From: Malacoraja senta
Lineage: Eukaryota
Direction: 5' to 3'
Length of the DNA: 62,988 nt
Assembly: GCA_038087875.1 (NCBI GenBank)
Contig: JAXLNO010005625.1
Location: 744,001 to 806,988 of the forward strand
Shown: piece by piece, positions 48,667-62,466 of the stretch
Position numbering within the stretch: the first letter of the stretch is position 1
Layout of the letters: each line of letters begins with the position of its first letter
The notes under the pieces: model-generated
The model's input: only the letters and a program-made list of their open reading frames with translations
Databases searched by the model: none
Told to the model about the DNA's origin: nothing
Position numbers and translations under genes: made by a program

Positions 48667-49530
48667 TTAGATAGTATAGTATAGTATAGTATTTTTAATG
48701 ACCACACAGCCAAGCTGGTGGAATTTTGGGTTGTCAGCAGCGATACAATAATAAGAACACACAACCACAATAAAAAAAAAAATGTAACACAAACATCCAC
48801 CACAGCATTCAACACTGTGGTGCAAGGCACAAAAATTTGGCCAATCCTCCTCCATTTCCCCTCCGTGAACAGGACCAGAGTCCAGAGTCAGTCCAGGATC
48901 GGCTCTTCCTCACCGGAGACCGCGGCTTTAAGTTGTTGTAGGCCGCAGGCCGGCTGTCGAGATTTAAAGTCTCCGCCGCAGCCAGAAGCACCGTAGACTG
49001 CAGGGCCGGCGGTCGAAGCTCCCCTGCAGGGGTGTTGGTAAGTCCATGCCGGCCCCGCGGTAGAAGTTGGCCACGGGCCGGCAGTGATGCCTTCTTCTTC
49101 CCCCACCGGGTCCCCCACGAGGGATCCCGGGCTGTAGACGCCGCACCAGCTGGAGCTCTGCAGACCGCGACTTCAGGCTGCGACTTCAGGCTGCCGGCTG
49201 CCCCGGGCCAGCGAAACGGAGCGCTTCCCTTCAGCGAGGGCTCACCCGCTCCACGCCGAGAGTCCACGCTGCGCCCGCCGCTGAAGCCCCGGGCGCGTCT
49301 CCGGGAAAGGCCGCGCCGATCCTTGATGTTAGGCCACGGGGGAGGCGACCTGGAAAAAGTCGCCTCTCCATGGAGGAGGCGACCGAAGCGGTTTCCCCCT
49401 TACCCCCCCACACCACCCCCCACACAAGACACACAAAGAAACACACCATACATACTTTAAAACATACTAAAAAATAAGAAAAAGTTGAAAAAACTGACAT
49501 GGCTGCTGCCCAGAGCAGCGCCCCCTACCC
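48667..49530 (-). mobile_element. GC-rich non-autonomous retroelement with a LINE-like (TATAC)n tail, unclassified
   Basis: Minus strand ends with ..CATTAAAAATACTATACTATACTATC; no coding motifs seen. Confidence 0.45.
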
Positions 49531-49879
49531 TGACCTTGAATAATAATAAGCAGCATTCCATGCCAGTCTGTATTTTTTTTTCTTCTCTCTCAAAGAGATA
49601 ATAACGAATGTGTTATGACGTAGTGGTTAAATATTATTCTTTTTATGCTGAGCGCTGTTACTGGGAGAGATGGGATCGGGGAGGGGATTAGGTAGTTTGC
49701 TGACTGTCCATTGGTCAGTTTGGGGTTCTACAGGGGTGGGAGGGGGAGGGGTCTTTTGTTCCCTATTTAGTGAACTCCATTTGTGCAAATTCTGAACTAC
49801 AAAGTTGGCTGAAATGTCATCACTTCTGGCTCCGCCCTAGATTTTTCTACATCCAGTATTATGAACTTTTAGGCTTCAA

Positions 49880-52800
49880 GAAATTAACCCATTACATCCC
49901 ACATGATTTTTACAAGCAATATGGATAAAGTTACTAATATCCTTTCATGGAATGTGAATGGCTTGAACCATCCCATTAAGAGGATTTTTAAAAAAAAAGT
50001 TCTTCACAGACTTAATGCTCAGATTATCTTTGTTCAGCAAACTCATGTAAGGCAAGATGACAAGTCACGATTTTTCAAGTTTTGGAGAGGACAGCAGTTT
50101 CATTCAAATTTACAGGCTAAGGTGAAAGGTAGTCTCTATTTTTATTGACTCCTCAATTCCGTTTGTTTACCATGAAACAATTTCTGATCCATATGGCAGA
50201 TTCTTGGTGATTACCGCTGTCCTTTTTAGGCAAAAAGTGGCTTTGGTGAATGTCTATGCACCAAATATTGATCACCCTGAGTTTTTTAAACAGTTAATTG
50301 CATCCTTTCCTAATTTAAATGAACACTTTTTAATAATGGATGGAGACTTCAATTGCTGTTTGAATCCCTCGATTGATAGGTCTACATCTGATCATGTGCT
50401 TCCAAATATATCAGCTAATTTTTTTAATTCTTTTTTACTTGACTCGGGAATGTTAGAAATTTGGAGATTCTTACATGCAAATGACAAAGAATTTTCATTT
50501 TTCTCTCATGTATTTCATAGTTATTCTAGGATCGACTATTTTATACTAGATTCTCGGCTAGTTCCATCGGTCATTGCATGCGAGTATGATACAATTGCTA
50601 TTTCTGATCATGCACCAGTGAAACTATTGATCAAACTACCTGATTCCAAGTTTAGTGCTAAACAATGGCGATTTAATGCTACTTTGCTTCAAGACTCAAA
50701 CTTTATTAAGTTTATGAAAGATCAGATTGCTTTTTACTTCTTGACAAACTCTAATGAAGAGATATCCAATGGTATAGTTTGGGATGCTTTTAAGGCATAT
50801 ATTCGTGGACAAATTATTTCATACTCCGCGGGATTAAAAAAACAAACACTAAAAGGAATACGCACATTGGCTGACGAGATTAAAGAAATTGATAAAAAAT
50901 ATTCAAAAGCTCCTAGTTTAGAGCTCTATAAGAATAGAGTTGAACTTCAATTGAGATATGATTTGTTATTAGTATCACCGATTGAGAACCAGTTGCTTAA
51001 AACCAAAAGTAAATTTTATATAAATGGCTAAAAATCTGGTAAATTACTTGCTAATCAATTGAAGCAGTGTTGGCCAAGCGTCAGATTACTAAAGTGAGTA
51101 AACGGGATGGTACAGTAACTGTAGACCATGACGAAATTAATAAATCCTTTCAGGAATTTTATACCTCCCTATACCAATCAGATTTTCCTACTGATTCCAA
51201 TATAATGCATGAGTTTTTAAAGAAACTGAACTTACCAAATTTACCATACAATGAGTCTCTGTTGTTAGATGAACCCATCACGGAAGAAGAAATACAGAAA
51301 GCAATTTTTTCAATGAATTCTGGTAAAGCTCCCGGTTTAGATGGGTTAACAGTAGAATTTTTAAAGTATTTCTCAAATTTATTGTCTCAATGGCTATGCA
51401 AGGTATTTAAAGAAGCCTTTTTAAGGAATAGATTACCACAATCTTTTTATGAAGCTTTTATTTCTTTAATTTAAAAAAAAGATAAAGACCCTACTGAAGT
51501 GACATCATATAGACCTATATCAATGTTAAATGTAGATTTTAAAATTCTTTCCAAAATATTACCTATGAGATTGGAAAAGATTTTACCGCAAATTATCTCT
51601 GAAGATCAGACAGGTTTTATTAAAAATCGTTACTCATTCTTTAATGTTAGGAGATTAATAAATATTGTATATACAGCGTCTAATAAAACCCCAGAATGTG
51701 TCATCTCACTTGATGCCGAGAAGGCTATTGATAGAGTAGAATGGAATACATTCAATATACTTGAAAAAGTTAAGATTGGTCCAAAATGTATCTCTTGGAT
51801 CAAACTGCTATATCTTATACCTCAGGCTTCTGTATTTACTAATAATCAGAGATCCCCTTTTTTTCAGGCTCTTTCAAGGTACTAGACAGGGCTGTCCCTT
51901 AAGTCCTTTACTATTTGATATTGCTTTGGAAACTTTAGCCACTGCTATTAGGGAATCCCCTAATATTTTTGGTATTGTCCGCAGGAATAAGACACATAAG
52001 ATATCTCTTGATGCAGATGATCTGTTATTATTTATTTCTAACCCTGAGAAATCTATTCCGGCAATAGTAGCATTACTTAATCAATTCAGTAGTTTTTCTG
52101 GTTATAAACTAAATCTTAGTACGGGTGAGCCTCCCCATTAAATAATTTTGTTTCGAGTTATGGACAGTTTCCATTTAGATGGACTACCGAAAGTTTTACT
52201 TATTTAGGTATTAAGATCACCAAGAAACACAAGGATTTATTTAAAGCTAATTTTATTCCTTTAATTGACCATATTAAACATCAGTTCACTAAATCGGTTC
52301 ACTGCTTCCTCTTCCAGTTTGACCCGGTCACCCCTACTGAAATCTCCAAACTCATCAGCTCTTCCAAACCCACTGCCTGCTCCCTTAACCCTCTCCCCAC
52401 TCCCCTGCTGAAGTCCTGCCTCCCTGCTCTCTGCCCCTACCTCACTAATCTTTTCAACTCCTCATTGTCCCAAGGAATTGTCCCCTCTGCTTTCAAAACT
52501 GCTGCTGTCACACCAATCTTAAAGAAACCTGGTCTTGATCCCTCCTCTCTCATTAACTAACGCCCTATCTCAAACCTCCTCTATCTTTCAAAAACCCTGG
52601 AGCGTATCGTCGCGTCACAACTTCATTCCCATCTCCTCGCGTATAACCTATTCGAACCCCTCCAATCTGGCTTTCGTCCCCTCCATAGCACAGAAACTGC
52701 TCTCCTGAAAGTCCTCAATGACCTCCTTACCTCTGCTGACACTGGCTCCCTCAATATCCTCATCCTCGACCTGAGTGCAGCCTTCGATACCATCAACCAT

Positions 52801-55060
52801 AACATCCTGTAACAAAACAGAATTTCTCCTCATTGGCTCCAAATCAACACTCACTAAAATTAACAACCCCACTCTCATTATTGACGGCACCATTGTCTCC
52901 CCATCTCCTCAGGCCCGCAACCTTGGCGTGATCTTTGACTCAACCCTCTCCCTTGAGCCTCACATCCGCCATGTTGTCAAAACATCATTTTTTCACCTCC
53001 GCAACATTGCCAAAAGCAGATCCTCTCTCACACCCCCCGCTGCTGAAAGACTCATCCATGCCTTCATCTCCTCCCGACTGGACTACTGTAACTCACTTCT
53101 CTTTGGAATCAATTCCAGCAGCATCAACCGACTCCAACTGGTCCAGAATGCAGCCGCTCGACTCATTACCCACACCAAATCCTGGCACCACATCACCCCA
53201 GTTCTCAAAGAACTTCACTGGCTTCCCATTTCCCACCGGATCATCTACAAAATCCTGGTCCTCACCTACAAAGCCCTCAACAACTTGGCCCCCCCTTATC
53301 TCACTGACCTCCTCTCCCCCTACCAACCCTCACGGTCCCTCAGATCCACATCAGCTGGTCATCTCTCCACTCCGAAATCAAACCTCTGCACTTTTGGAAG
53401 CAGAGCCTTCTCCAGGGCAGCTCCCAGGCTCTGGAATTCCCTCCCACAACTGGTCCGAAATTCTGAGTCCTTCACCATCTTCCAGTCCCGCCTCAAGACC
53501 CATCTCTTCATCTCTGCATACCCTTAGTCCCATGTTCCCCTCCCCTTTGCATCTCTGTCTTACTGCTCTATTTTGTTTTGTTTATTCCTGACTCTCAATG
53601 TAAAGCGACATTGAGTCCTGAAAAGCGCTGTATAAATAAAATCTATTATTATTATTATTAAATGGTCACCAAAGTCCTTATCCTTAATTGGCCGAATCAA
53701 TGCTATTAAAATGTTCATTTTACCTAAATTTCTGTATATATTTCAGACGATACCAATTTTTATTTCCAAATCTTTCTTTGATATTATAGACTCTAAAATT
53801 TCTTCATATATATGGCAGAATAAAAATCCCAGACTAGGTAAAAAATACCTACAGAAATCAAAAAAAGTTGGTGGTTTGGCATTGCCGAACCTTAGACTCT
53901 ACTATTGGGCAGTCAATGTTCGTTATTTAACATTTTGGACAAAAGATTTAGAAGATACCTAATGCCCTGGATGGATAAACCTAGAACGTGATTCCTTACA
54001 AGGGCTATAATTGGCTTCTATTCTAGGGACCTCGTTACCTTTTACAATTATGAGATTGAATAAATATATGACTAACCCAATAATAAGACATACGTTCCGA
54101 ATACGGTTTCAATTTCGTAAGTTTTTTGGACTATCTGATTTTATCCAAATTTCTCTTCCAACCATTTAGTACTGATCAAGTTTTTTTGTTATGGAAGAGG
54201 AAGGGATTAGTAGCTTTTCGTGATTTGATTTTGGAGGGTTGTTTTATGTCTTTCGAACTCTCCAATAAATATAACTTACCTACTTCACATTTTTTTTGAT
54301 ATTTACAAATTAGACAAAAGGAACTACTCCTTTTTCCGCTACCACATCAACCCGAAATTTGGGAATTTTTTTTACAGTTGAACCCTTATCAGAAAGGATT
54401 AATAACGACTATTCATGAGTTGATTTTAAAATTACAAATAGATACATTTGATAAAATTAAGAATGACTGGGAATGAGAACTCCAAATTTCTTTATAGAGA
54501 AATGGGAGAGGATCCTTCAATTAGTTAATACCTCTTCAATGTGTGCAAGACACGCTTTGATACAATTTGAGGTGGTCCACAGAGCTCATATGTCAAAAGA
54601 TAAGTTAGCTCGTTTTTCTCGTCATATAAATCCTACCTGCGACAGATGTAACTCTGAAGTGGCATCACTGACCCATATGTTTTGGTCCTGCCCTCTTTTG
54701 GAAAAATATTGGAAAGAAATTGTTGATACTATTTCGGTAGTCTTAGGTATAGATTTACAACCTCATCCTATTACTGCAATTTTGGGGTTACCAATGTTAG
54801 ATTCTATTCATTTGTCCCACTCTGCCCATCGGTTGATTGCTTTTACCACATAAATTGCCAGAAGATTTATTTTCTTTAAATGGAAAGATTCCAACCCTCC
54901 GACCACACTCCAGTGGTATTCTGAAACGATATCATGTTTAAATTTAGAAAAAATCAGGTGACATTGTTGAACCCTTGGTTAAATTTGATAAGACTTGGGG
55001 AAAATTTATTGAACACTTTCATACAACATAAATTGATCCCTCTTTAACCGTTATAAAAAT
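49880..55060 (+). mobile_element. L1-clade LINE ORF2 (APE, RT, CCHC), degraded and split by an L2
   Basis: ILSWNVNGL, GDFN, SRIDY, SDHAPV, KAPGLDG, YRPIS.LNVDFKIL, DAEKA, RQGCPLSP, CDRC..THMFWSC. Confidence 0.93.
52295..53658 (+). mobile_element. L2 LINE 3' fragment (internal deletion near 52810) inserted into L1
   Basis: [50 protein letters not shown]; (TAT)n tail; TAAAT at both junctions (52290-52294, 53659-53663). Confidence 0.9.
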
Positions 55061-55519
55061 TATTTTACCTTCATAGGGTGGAACGGACTTGACGACAAAC
55101 AGACTTAAATTGTTGAATTTCTCAGTTCAGATTCGGTTTTGCTCTGTTTTGTTTGTTTTATTTATTTATTTTATTTTTATTCTTATTTTATTATTATCAA
55201 TTTTTAAAACCTTTTTTTTAGTTTAGGGGGGTTTTGTTTTTTCTTTTTCTTTTTGTCTTTTTATCTTTCCTTTTTTTTACATTTATGTTTCCTTTTAAAG
55301 ATTTAACTATATTTACATAGAGACCGAGAGGTCTAAATTCATTGTGTATTTTGACACTGGTCTCATATTAGTTTATACCTGTTATTAATGTGTTTAATCC
55401 TGATCCCTATGTATCAATACCATTGTTATGTTTATCATTATTCTTTTTGCTCTGTTTTTTATGTTTTATTTTTGTTTTTGTTTTTTGGAAAAAAAACAAT
55501 AAAAAAATTGTAAAAGAAA

Positions 55520-56055
55520 GGTACTGAATAAAAAAGTTGGGATGTTCTGCTACAGTTATACAAGATGTTGGTGAGGCCACATTTGGAGTATTGTGTTAAG
55601 TTTTGGTCACTCCACTATCAGAAGGATGTCATTAACAGGGCCTGCGACTCAGGGAGAGGATGACAATGCTTGGACTTTAGTCCTTGGCACGCAAGAGGCT
55701 GAGGGGTGATCTTATAGAAGTTTATAAAATCAAGGAGCATAGATAGATTGATTGCACAGAATCTTTTAACCAGCCTTATGTAATCAAGAACCAGAGGACT
55801 TAGGTTTAAGGTGAGAAGGAAACGAGTTACTCGGAACCAGAGGAAGTGGAAATATGGAAGAACATTCCAGGGGAAGGAGTTGAGGCAGGTATTAAAAAAC
55901 ATTTAGAACACACTTGGACAGGTACATACTGTAGATAGGAAAGGTTCAGTGAGATATGGGTCAATTGCAGGAAAATTGTAGTTTAAACATGGCATCTTGG
56001 TTGGCATGGCCAAGTTGAGGCAAAGGGCCCATTTCCATGCCGTATGACTCTATGG
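55520..56055 (+). mobile_element. Older CR1 3' end fragment
   Basis: GTGAGGCCACATTTGGAGTATTGTG, AGAACCAGAGG and 3' UTR remnants. Confidence 0.7.
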
Positions 56056-56859
56056 CTCCGTGGGCTTGAAAAGCCAATTCTTTTCCGTTTCACTGCTAAA
56101 TGATAGTTAATCACCCTCACTAATAGTGACCACGATGGCAGACCCATGACCATGACTGGTTTACAGTGATAATAAGCTAACCATTGCCTCAGTTCAAATA
56201 TGCATGGTTGATGTTCAATGGACTAAATTGTTGCTGCATTCTTAGTTTTGGCAAGGTTCTGATCTGGGTGCTGGAGATGTTAGACATCTTGATACCATGA
56301 AAGCAGAATCTCAATTTCAGGAAATATACTTGCTGAATGGTGTCTCAGACCAGCAATGCCTGGAACATTGTATTTTGAAGAGGAAATTATACACAACCAA
56401 GGCCAAGTGCTCGAGAAAGCTGCACGTCTGTTATTTCAATGAAAACTCTGCTCTTCATCCATCCTGTCATTTTGATCACCCAGTTTAGTTTATAACATTG
56501 TATAACATTTGCAATCAATTCTCACAGTTATGACATTTACAGCTGGCGTGAAGATGCATCAGTCAATACCTTCTGTCTTCCAATTTAGTTTATTTAATAG
56601 AAAGATAGAAACATAAAAAAATAGGTGCAGGAATAGGCTATTCGGCCCTTTGAGCCAGCACCGCCATTCAATACAATCATGGCTGATCATCCAAAATTAA
56701 TACTCCGATCTGGCTTTTTCCCCATATCCCTTGACTCCCTTAGCCCTAAGACCTAAATCTAACTCTCTCTTGAAAACAGTGATACAGTGTGTAAACAGGC
56801 CATTTGTGCCACCAAAATCCATACTAACCAGCAATCACCCATTCATAATAGATTTCCCA

Positions 56860-57075
56860 TCCACCCCCTACACTATCAGGGTGACTTACCGAGGATGATT
56901 ACCTGCACACCTGCTCATCTTTGGGATATGGGAGGAAACCGGAGCTCCCTGAGGAAGCCAACATAGTCACAAGGAGAACGTGCAAACTCCACGTAGACAG
57001 TACCCGAGGTCCAGATTGAACCTGGGTCTCTGGCGTTGTGAGACAGCAGTTCTACCAGCTGCACTACCATGCTGC
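56860..57075 (-). mobile_element. V-domain SINE
   Basis: Reverse complement of the SINE head and V-domain. Confidence 0.75.
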
Positions 57076-57989
57076 ATTATGTACAAACTCTAAATCCTAC
57101 ACTGACTTTCCCTTCCACTTGTTATATTCAACACAATAACTCCTTTACACAGGAGGAAAGTGAACTGCAATTCATCACCAGAATATATCTTACAACAGTG
57201 TGATCACAGGCAAGAAACCAGTGATATAGATGACTGAATTTACACTAAAACCCTGATCATCCAGCTCTCTTGGGATTTGGGAAATGGTAGATTTTAAGGA
57301 CTGCTGCATGTTACTCCAAACATACTTTAATTCAACTAATTTAAGCACTTGTTGAGCAAGTCAGTGGTTGAGGTGCATCTGTACACTACTATCAGACTTA
57401 AGCGGAGGAATACCCATTGCAATTTGCCTGAAGAGTCTCGAACCAGATTGTCACCTATCCATGGTCTCCAGGGATGTTGCCTGACCTGCTGAGTTACTCT
57501 AGCACTGTCCCTCACAGTCTTTCCCAATCTTATAAATCAAAAATAGTCAGCATCTTTCTACATCATAAAGAGTCATGGAAATATGCAGCATACAAACATG
57601 GCCTTTGTCCCACTGACCTGCACCAACCATTCATGTACACTAATCCTATATTTGTCCCACATTCTCATCAGCTCTCCCCACATTGTATCATGCACAATCT
57701 AGGGGACAACTAACCTACCAAACAATGTTTTGGGGATGTGGGAGGAAACCAGAGCACCTGGGGAAACCCACATGGTCACAGGAACAACATGCAAACTCTA
57801 CAGATACATCAGCCGATGTCGGTATTTAATTCAGGTCTCTAGCTCTGTGCTGTCCTGTTTCACATTGTAGTCCACCTGTCATGTTGTTGCTCATTCATTC
57901 GGCTTTCCACCTTGAACATTTCTCCCACTACTCACATTCCCACTTAAGCTTGAGTTTTCCAGCAACAGTGGCCTTGGTGGCCAGCTACT

Positions 57990-58288
57990 GTGTGCAGCGG
58001 TAGAGTTGCTGCCTTACAGTGCTTGCAGCACCGGAGACCCGGGTTCGATCCCGACTACTGATGCTGTCTGTACAGAGTTTGTACGTTCTCCCCATGATCG
58101 TGTGTGTTTTCTCCAAGGTCTAAGGTTTCCTCCCACACTCCAAAGACGTACAGGTATGTAGGTTAATTGGCTTGGTGTGCGTGTATAGGATAGTGTTAAT
58201 GTGCGGGGATCGCTGGTCAGCGCAGACTCGGTGGGCCTAAGGACCTGTTTCGTCACTGTATCTCTAAATTAAACTAAACAAAACTAGT
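57990..58288 (+). mobile_element. V-domain SINE
   Basis: Perfect B-box GGTTCGATCCC at 58042-58052; V-domain; (CTAAA)-like tail. Confidence 0.88.
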
Positions 58289-58354
58289 AAATGTTAAACT
58301 GCAACCAATCTGCCTCATAGCTGACTTGGATCATGAACAGTGGGAGCCCCCAAC

Positions 58355-58655
58355 AGAGCAGCACAGTGTCACAACTCGTAGAGCTGCTGCCTCACAGCGA
58401 CACAGACCCGGGTTCAATTTTGACCTTGAGTGCCATCTATGTGGAGTTTGCACGTTCTCCGTGTAACTGCATTGGATCCCTCCAGGGGCTCCGGTTTCCT
58501 CACACATCCTAAGATGTGTCAGTTTATAGTTTAATTGGCCACTGTAAATTGCCCCTAGTGGGTGGGTGACTGGATGAGAAGGTGCAATGAGATAGAATTC
58601 ATGAGAACAGGTTGACATGGACACGTTGGGCCGAAAGGACTGCTTCCATGCTGTA
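58355..58655 (+). mobile_element. V-domain SINE (diverged)
   Basis: Similarity to the other copies. Confidence 0.7.
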
Positions 58656-58908
58656 CTTTTTAATGACTCATGATATTTCTAGGATTCGGGGCAGTGAATC
58701 CATAATGTATAACATTTTTTTACACTGAATTCACAATTTTTAAATATCTGATTATCAGAAACATTTAACAACAGCACAAAAGGTAGTTGACAGTGGTGAC
58801 TGTCGAGGCATTTCAGGTGTAGCTGCTGCCTTATCCTACTTGAGATCGATCATTTCTTCAAGCCCAATACCTTTACTAGCAACAGTGCATCACAATTTTT
58901 CCTCTTAC

Positions 58909-59017
58909 CTCTCCTCTTTTTTCTCCACCAAACAATTACTGCCAAGAAAATAGCCAGCAATATCAGGCACACACACGACAATAAGGCCTATGTGCCTGTC
59001 TTTCTTCCTATTTCCTT
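58909..59017 (-). pseudogene. Connecting peptide / transmembrane exon of the MHC class I-like gene (frameshifted as assembled)
   Basis: TTTTTCAG| acceptor and |GTAAGA donor; reads EGNRKKDRHIGLIV, then after a shift in a GT repeat LILLAIFLAVIVWWRKKRR; length 109 nt is not 3n. Confidence 0.7.
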
Positions 59018-61708
59018 CTGAAAAATAAGAATGCATAATTTTACAAATCAATTGTTAAGCTGTGCAGCTAAATAGATGGGCACTGTCTGAAGACTTCAGA
59101 GTGAAGAAGGGTCTCGACCCGAAATGCCACCTATTCCTTTTCTCCAGAGATGTTACCTGACCGCTGAGTTACTCCAGCATTTTGTGTCTATCTTTGGGGC
59201 TTTTCAAGGTATATAAGATGATATGGTGCTTTGAATCACGGAGTTCTGCAGCATGGCAAAGGGACAATATATGTTTTGTACAACTCTATGATCTATGGCA
59301 CCATCACAGCCACAACTTAATTCAAGAAAGAAGGTGAATTGGAAGCAGAAAGCTTTAACCCTATATAAACTAACATTGTTTTGGGGAAAATGCTGGATTC
59401 CTTTCAATAATGGCAGAACATTTAAATAATAACAAAACAATAAAGTGCATTATCAGGGCATTAACAGGAAAATTGTAGAAAGAAAGAGATGCAGATACTG
59501 ATTTACACAAAAGCTTTAGTTTAGTTTATTGTCACATGCATTGAGGTACAGTGAAAAGCTTTTGTTACGTGCTAACCAGTCAGTGGAAAGAATATACATA
59601 ATAGACACAAAATGCTGGAGTAACTCAGCGGAACAGGCAGCATCTCTGGCGAACATGGATTCATCACCTATTCCTTTTCTCCAGAGATGCTGGCTGACCA
59701 GCTGAGTTATTCCAGCAATTTGTGTCCATCTTCGGTGTAAACCAGCATTTGCAGTTTCTTCTTACACATGGACTGGTGACGTTTCGTTTTGGGACCCTTC
59801 TTCAAACTTTGTTTGAGAAATTGATTAGAATTCTTTGAAAATGCAACAGGAACCCGTAGACAATGTATATTCGAGCAGCAGGTGTGCACAGTCTAAAATT
59901 CAAAAACAAAATGATGGAAAAGCAGAATAGGTAACAAAATTGGAATGAGAAACAAAAGAAATACAATATATTGTAGAGATCCACACGTCGTGAACAAATC
60001 AATGTTTTTTTTTTACAGAAATACAGTTTTGGCACATTCATGTTTAGTAAGGACTTGAGCAAAGTTCCTGCCGTTGTAATCGGGCACACCAGTTGACTGG
60101 CGACTGATTCATCACCAACTCCCACCAAAACCCTGTCATGTGATAGTCCCAGCTCCCCTGACGAGGGTTCTAGCAATAAGTGGCCTGACCATCAGATGTC
60201 GCCACAATATCTGGATTTTCATAAGATATCAATCAAGTGATGCAAAGGCTTATGACATTGGGGGTAATAATTAACATGAATGGAAAAAACAATTAAGAGC
60301 AAGCAGAGAGTTGTTTTAAAGGAGTGTTCAGGTTGGGAAACTGCAACTGCAGGTTGGGAATCAATGCAAGAAAGTGAACTACTTATGGTTGGTATTAAGA
60401 GCAGATGAAGGGACTGATGGCGCTGTAGCCTAGATTGCTGATGATACATAGATAGGTTGGAAATTAAGTTCTGGAGTATGTCAACAGTCTTCAGAGTGAA
60501 ACATCAGATTCCTTAGTTGTGCATTGTTCAAGGGAATCTTCAAAAGTGAACATTTGTGTAGGTTAGTGCAGCATACCTGGAATCAAACTACTACGATCGC
60601 TGTTTGTCAGGCAGTTATATTTTTTGTTGCTGAATCTGTAACTTGCATCATGGAACTTACTTCATTAGGTTTTAGTTTTATTAATGCCAGATGTTTCAAA
60701 ATACAGACCAAAGGTTTGTTTTGTATGCTATCCAAACAAATTATAAGACTATACATAAATACAAACTCAAAAACAATAGATAGAGCAAAGAGGAGGATAC
60801 AGAGTACAGAATATCGTTCTCAGCATTGTAACGCATCAGTTCCATAGACAATGTTCAATGTGCAATGAGGTTGAGGTAAATCGGGCATTAAACCTACATT
60901 ATGGAAGGACCCTTCCGAAGCTTGTTAACAGATGGAAAGGGGGTGTTCCTGAGTCTGGCAGTGTATACTTTCAACTTTCTGTACCCATTGCCTGATGGGA
61001 GCAGGAAGGAGGAATGACCGGGGTGGGATAAGTCTCATTTTCAAGGCAACTTGTGTGGACTGAATCAATAGTGGGAAGTCTGGCCTGTGTGCCATGATCT
61101 TTAACTCTTTGTATATTCTTGCAGTCTTGGGCAGTGCAGTTCCCAAATCAAGATGTGATGCAACCCAACAACATGCTTTCTCTAGCAGCATCTATAGATG
61201 TTTGCTAGAGTCACCAGAGACATGATGAATATTCTCAGTCACTGAGGAAGTAGAGGTGTCGGTGTGCCTCCTTGGCTATGTGGCCAGTCCATGACCGAAT
61301 ATTGGATATATTCATGCCAAGGAACATGAAGCTCTCAATCATTTCCACTTCGGACCATTGATTCGGATTGGGGCATGTACTCCCCCAGTGCCTTGCTGTT
61401 AATCACATCATGAGGAAAGATCCATTTTTTATTTAAACATACCTTTCATGGATTTCAGTTCCACCACTGAGAATCTCAAATACTCCTTCCTTGTATATTA
61501 GTTATTTATATTACTTATGATAAATTTTCTGTTGACAAACGTCTTCTGCTCTTGTGGAGAGTGTGTGCTGATTACGTGATTGCTTAGAGCAACACCACAA
61601 AACAAAGAAAGTTTAAGCATCTTGGAATATGGGATGTATTCACGATGATTAAAATGGAAAACAACAGAAGATAATGATTATCTATGAAAGAATATTTAAT
61701 GTTCTTAC

Positions 61709-61975
61709 CCCAGATGATGGTCTTCCCACCGGGCAGGCTGCTGTGATTGACATGACAGGAATACTGTTTCCCATCATATGGATCATACTCAAGGACAGAC
61801 TTTAGATGATATGTTCCATCGTTGTTGGGTATGACCCCAGGAGATTTGGTCTCGGAGACATGTTGACCATTCTGTAACCAGCTGACATTGATGGCCGGTG
61901 GGTAAAATCCAAACACAGTGCAGTACAGGACTGAATGATCATCAGGGCGGGCAGCGAGAGTGACCTCAGGGGAAA
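61709..61975 (-). CDS. Ig C1-set exon, MHC class I alpha3-like
   Basis: 267-nt phase 1-1 exon with TGTAG| and |GTAAGA; SPEVTL..LYCTVFGFYPPAINVSWLQNG..GVIPNNDGTYHL..YSCHVNHSSL..IW. Confidence 0.85.
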
Positions 61976-62466
61976 CTACAAGACAGTAAGATGGTTATTT
62001 TCACCTTCAGTAAAACTTGCACAGTCACCCACAACAAAATATTCTTCAGTCTACTACAACCAACCAAGTTACTGTCCACATCTACCCCGCTTTGCCTCTT
62101 TCGTCACCATCAACCAACCACGTGGTTTAAAAGGGATCGCACGCTCCCTGTTAAGACAGTACACAAGAAAGTTTGGAAGTACATACCATTAAATTCAGGA
62201 ACAGCTCTTCCCCACTGTTATTGGACTACTGAATGGTTCTCATGTAAGATAAGATGTTGCCCTGATCTTCCAACCAATCTCATTGTGAACCTTGCAACTC
62301 TTTTTGATCTGCACTTTCTCTGTAACTGTAATGCTATGATATTGTAACCCGGTATTCTGCACTCTGAGTAGTTTTATCTTTGCACTGTTTCTACTTGTGG
62401 ATGACTTGATTGCACATGTGTAGTATGATCTGATTGCATAACACACAGACAAACTTTTGACTATAT

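Noticed and set aside
57330-57450. Candidate cytoplasmic exon of the MHC-like gene (ANCNGYSSA*)
   Set aside because: Phase does not match the TM exon donor directly and similarity is too weak without transcript data.
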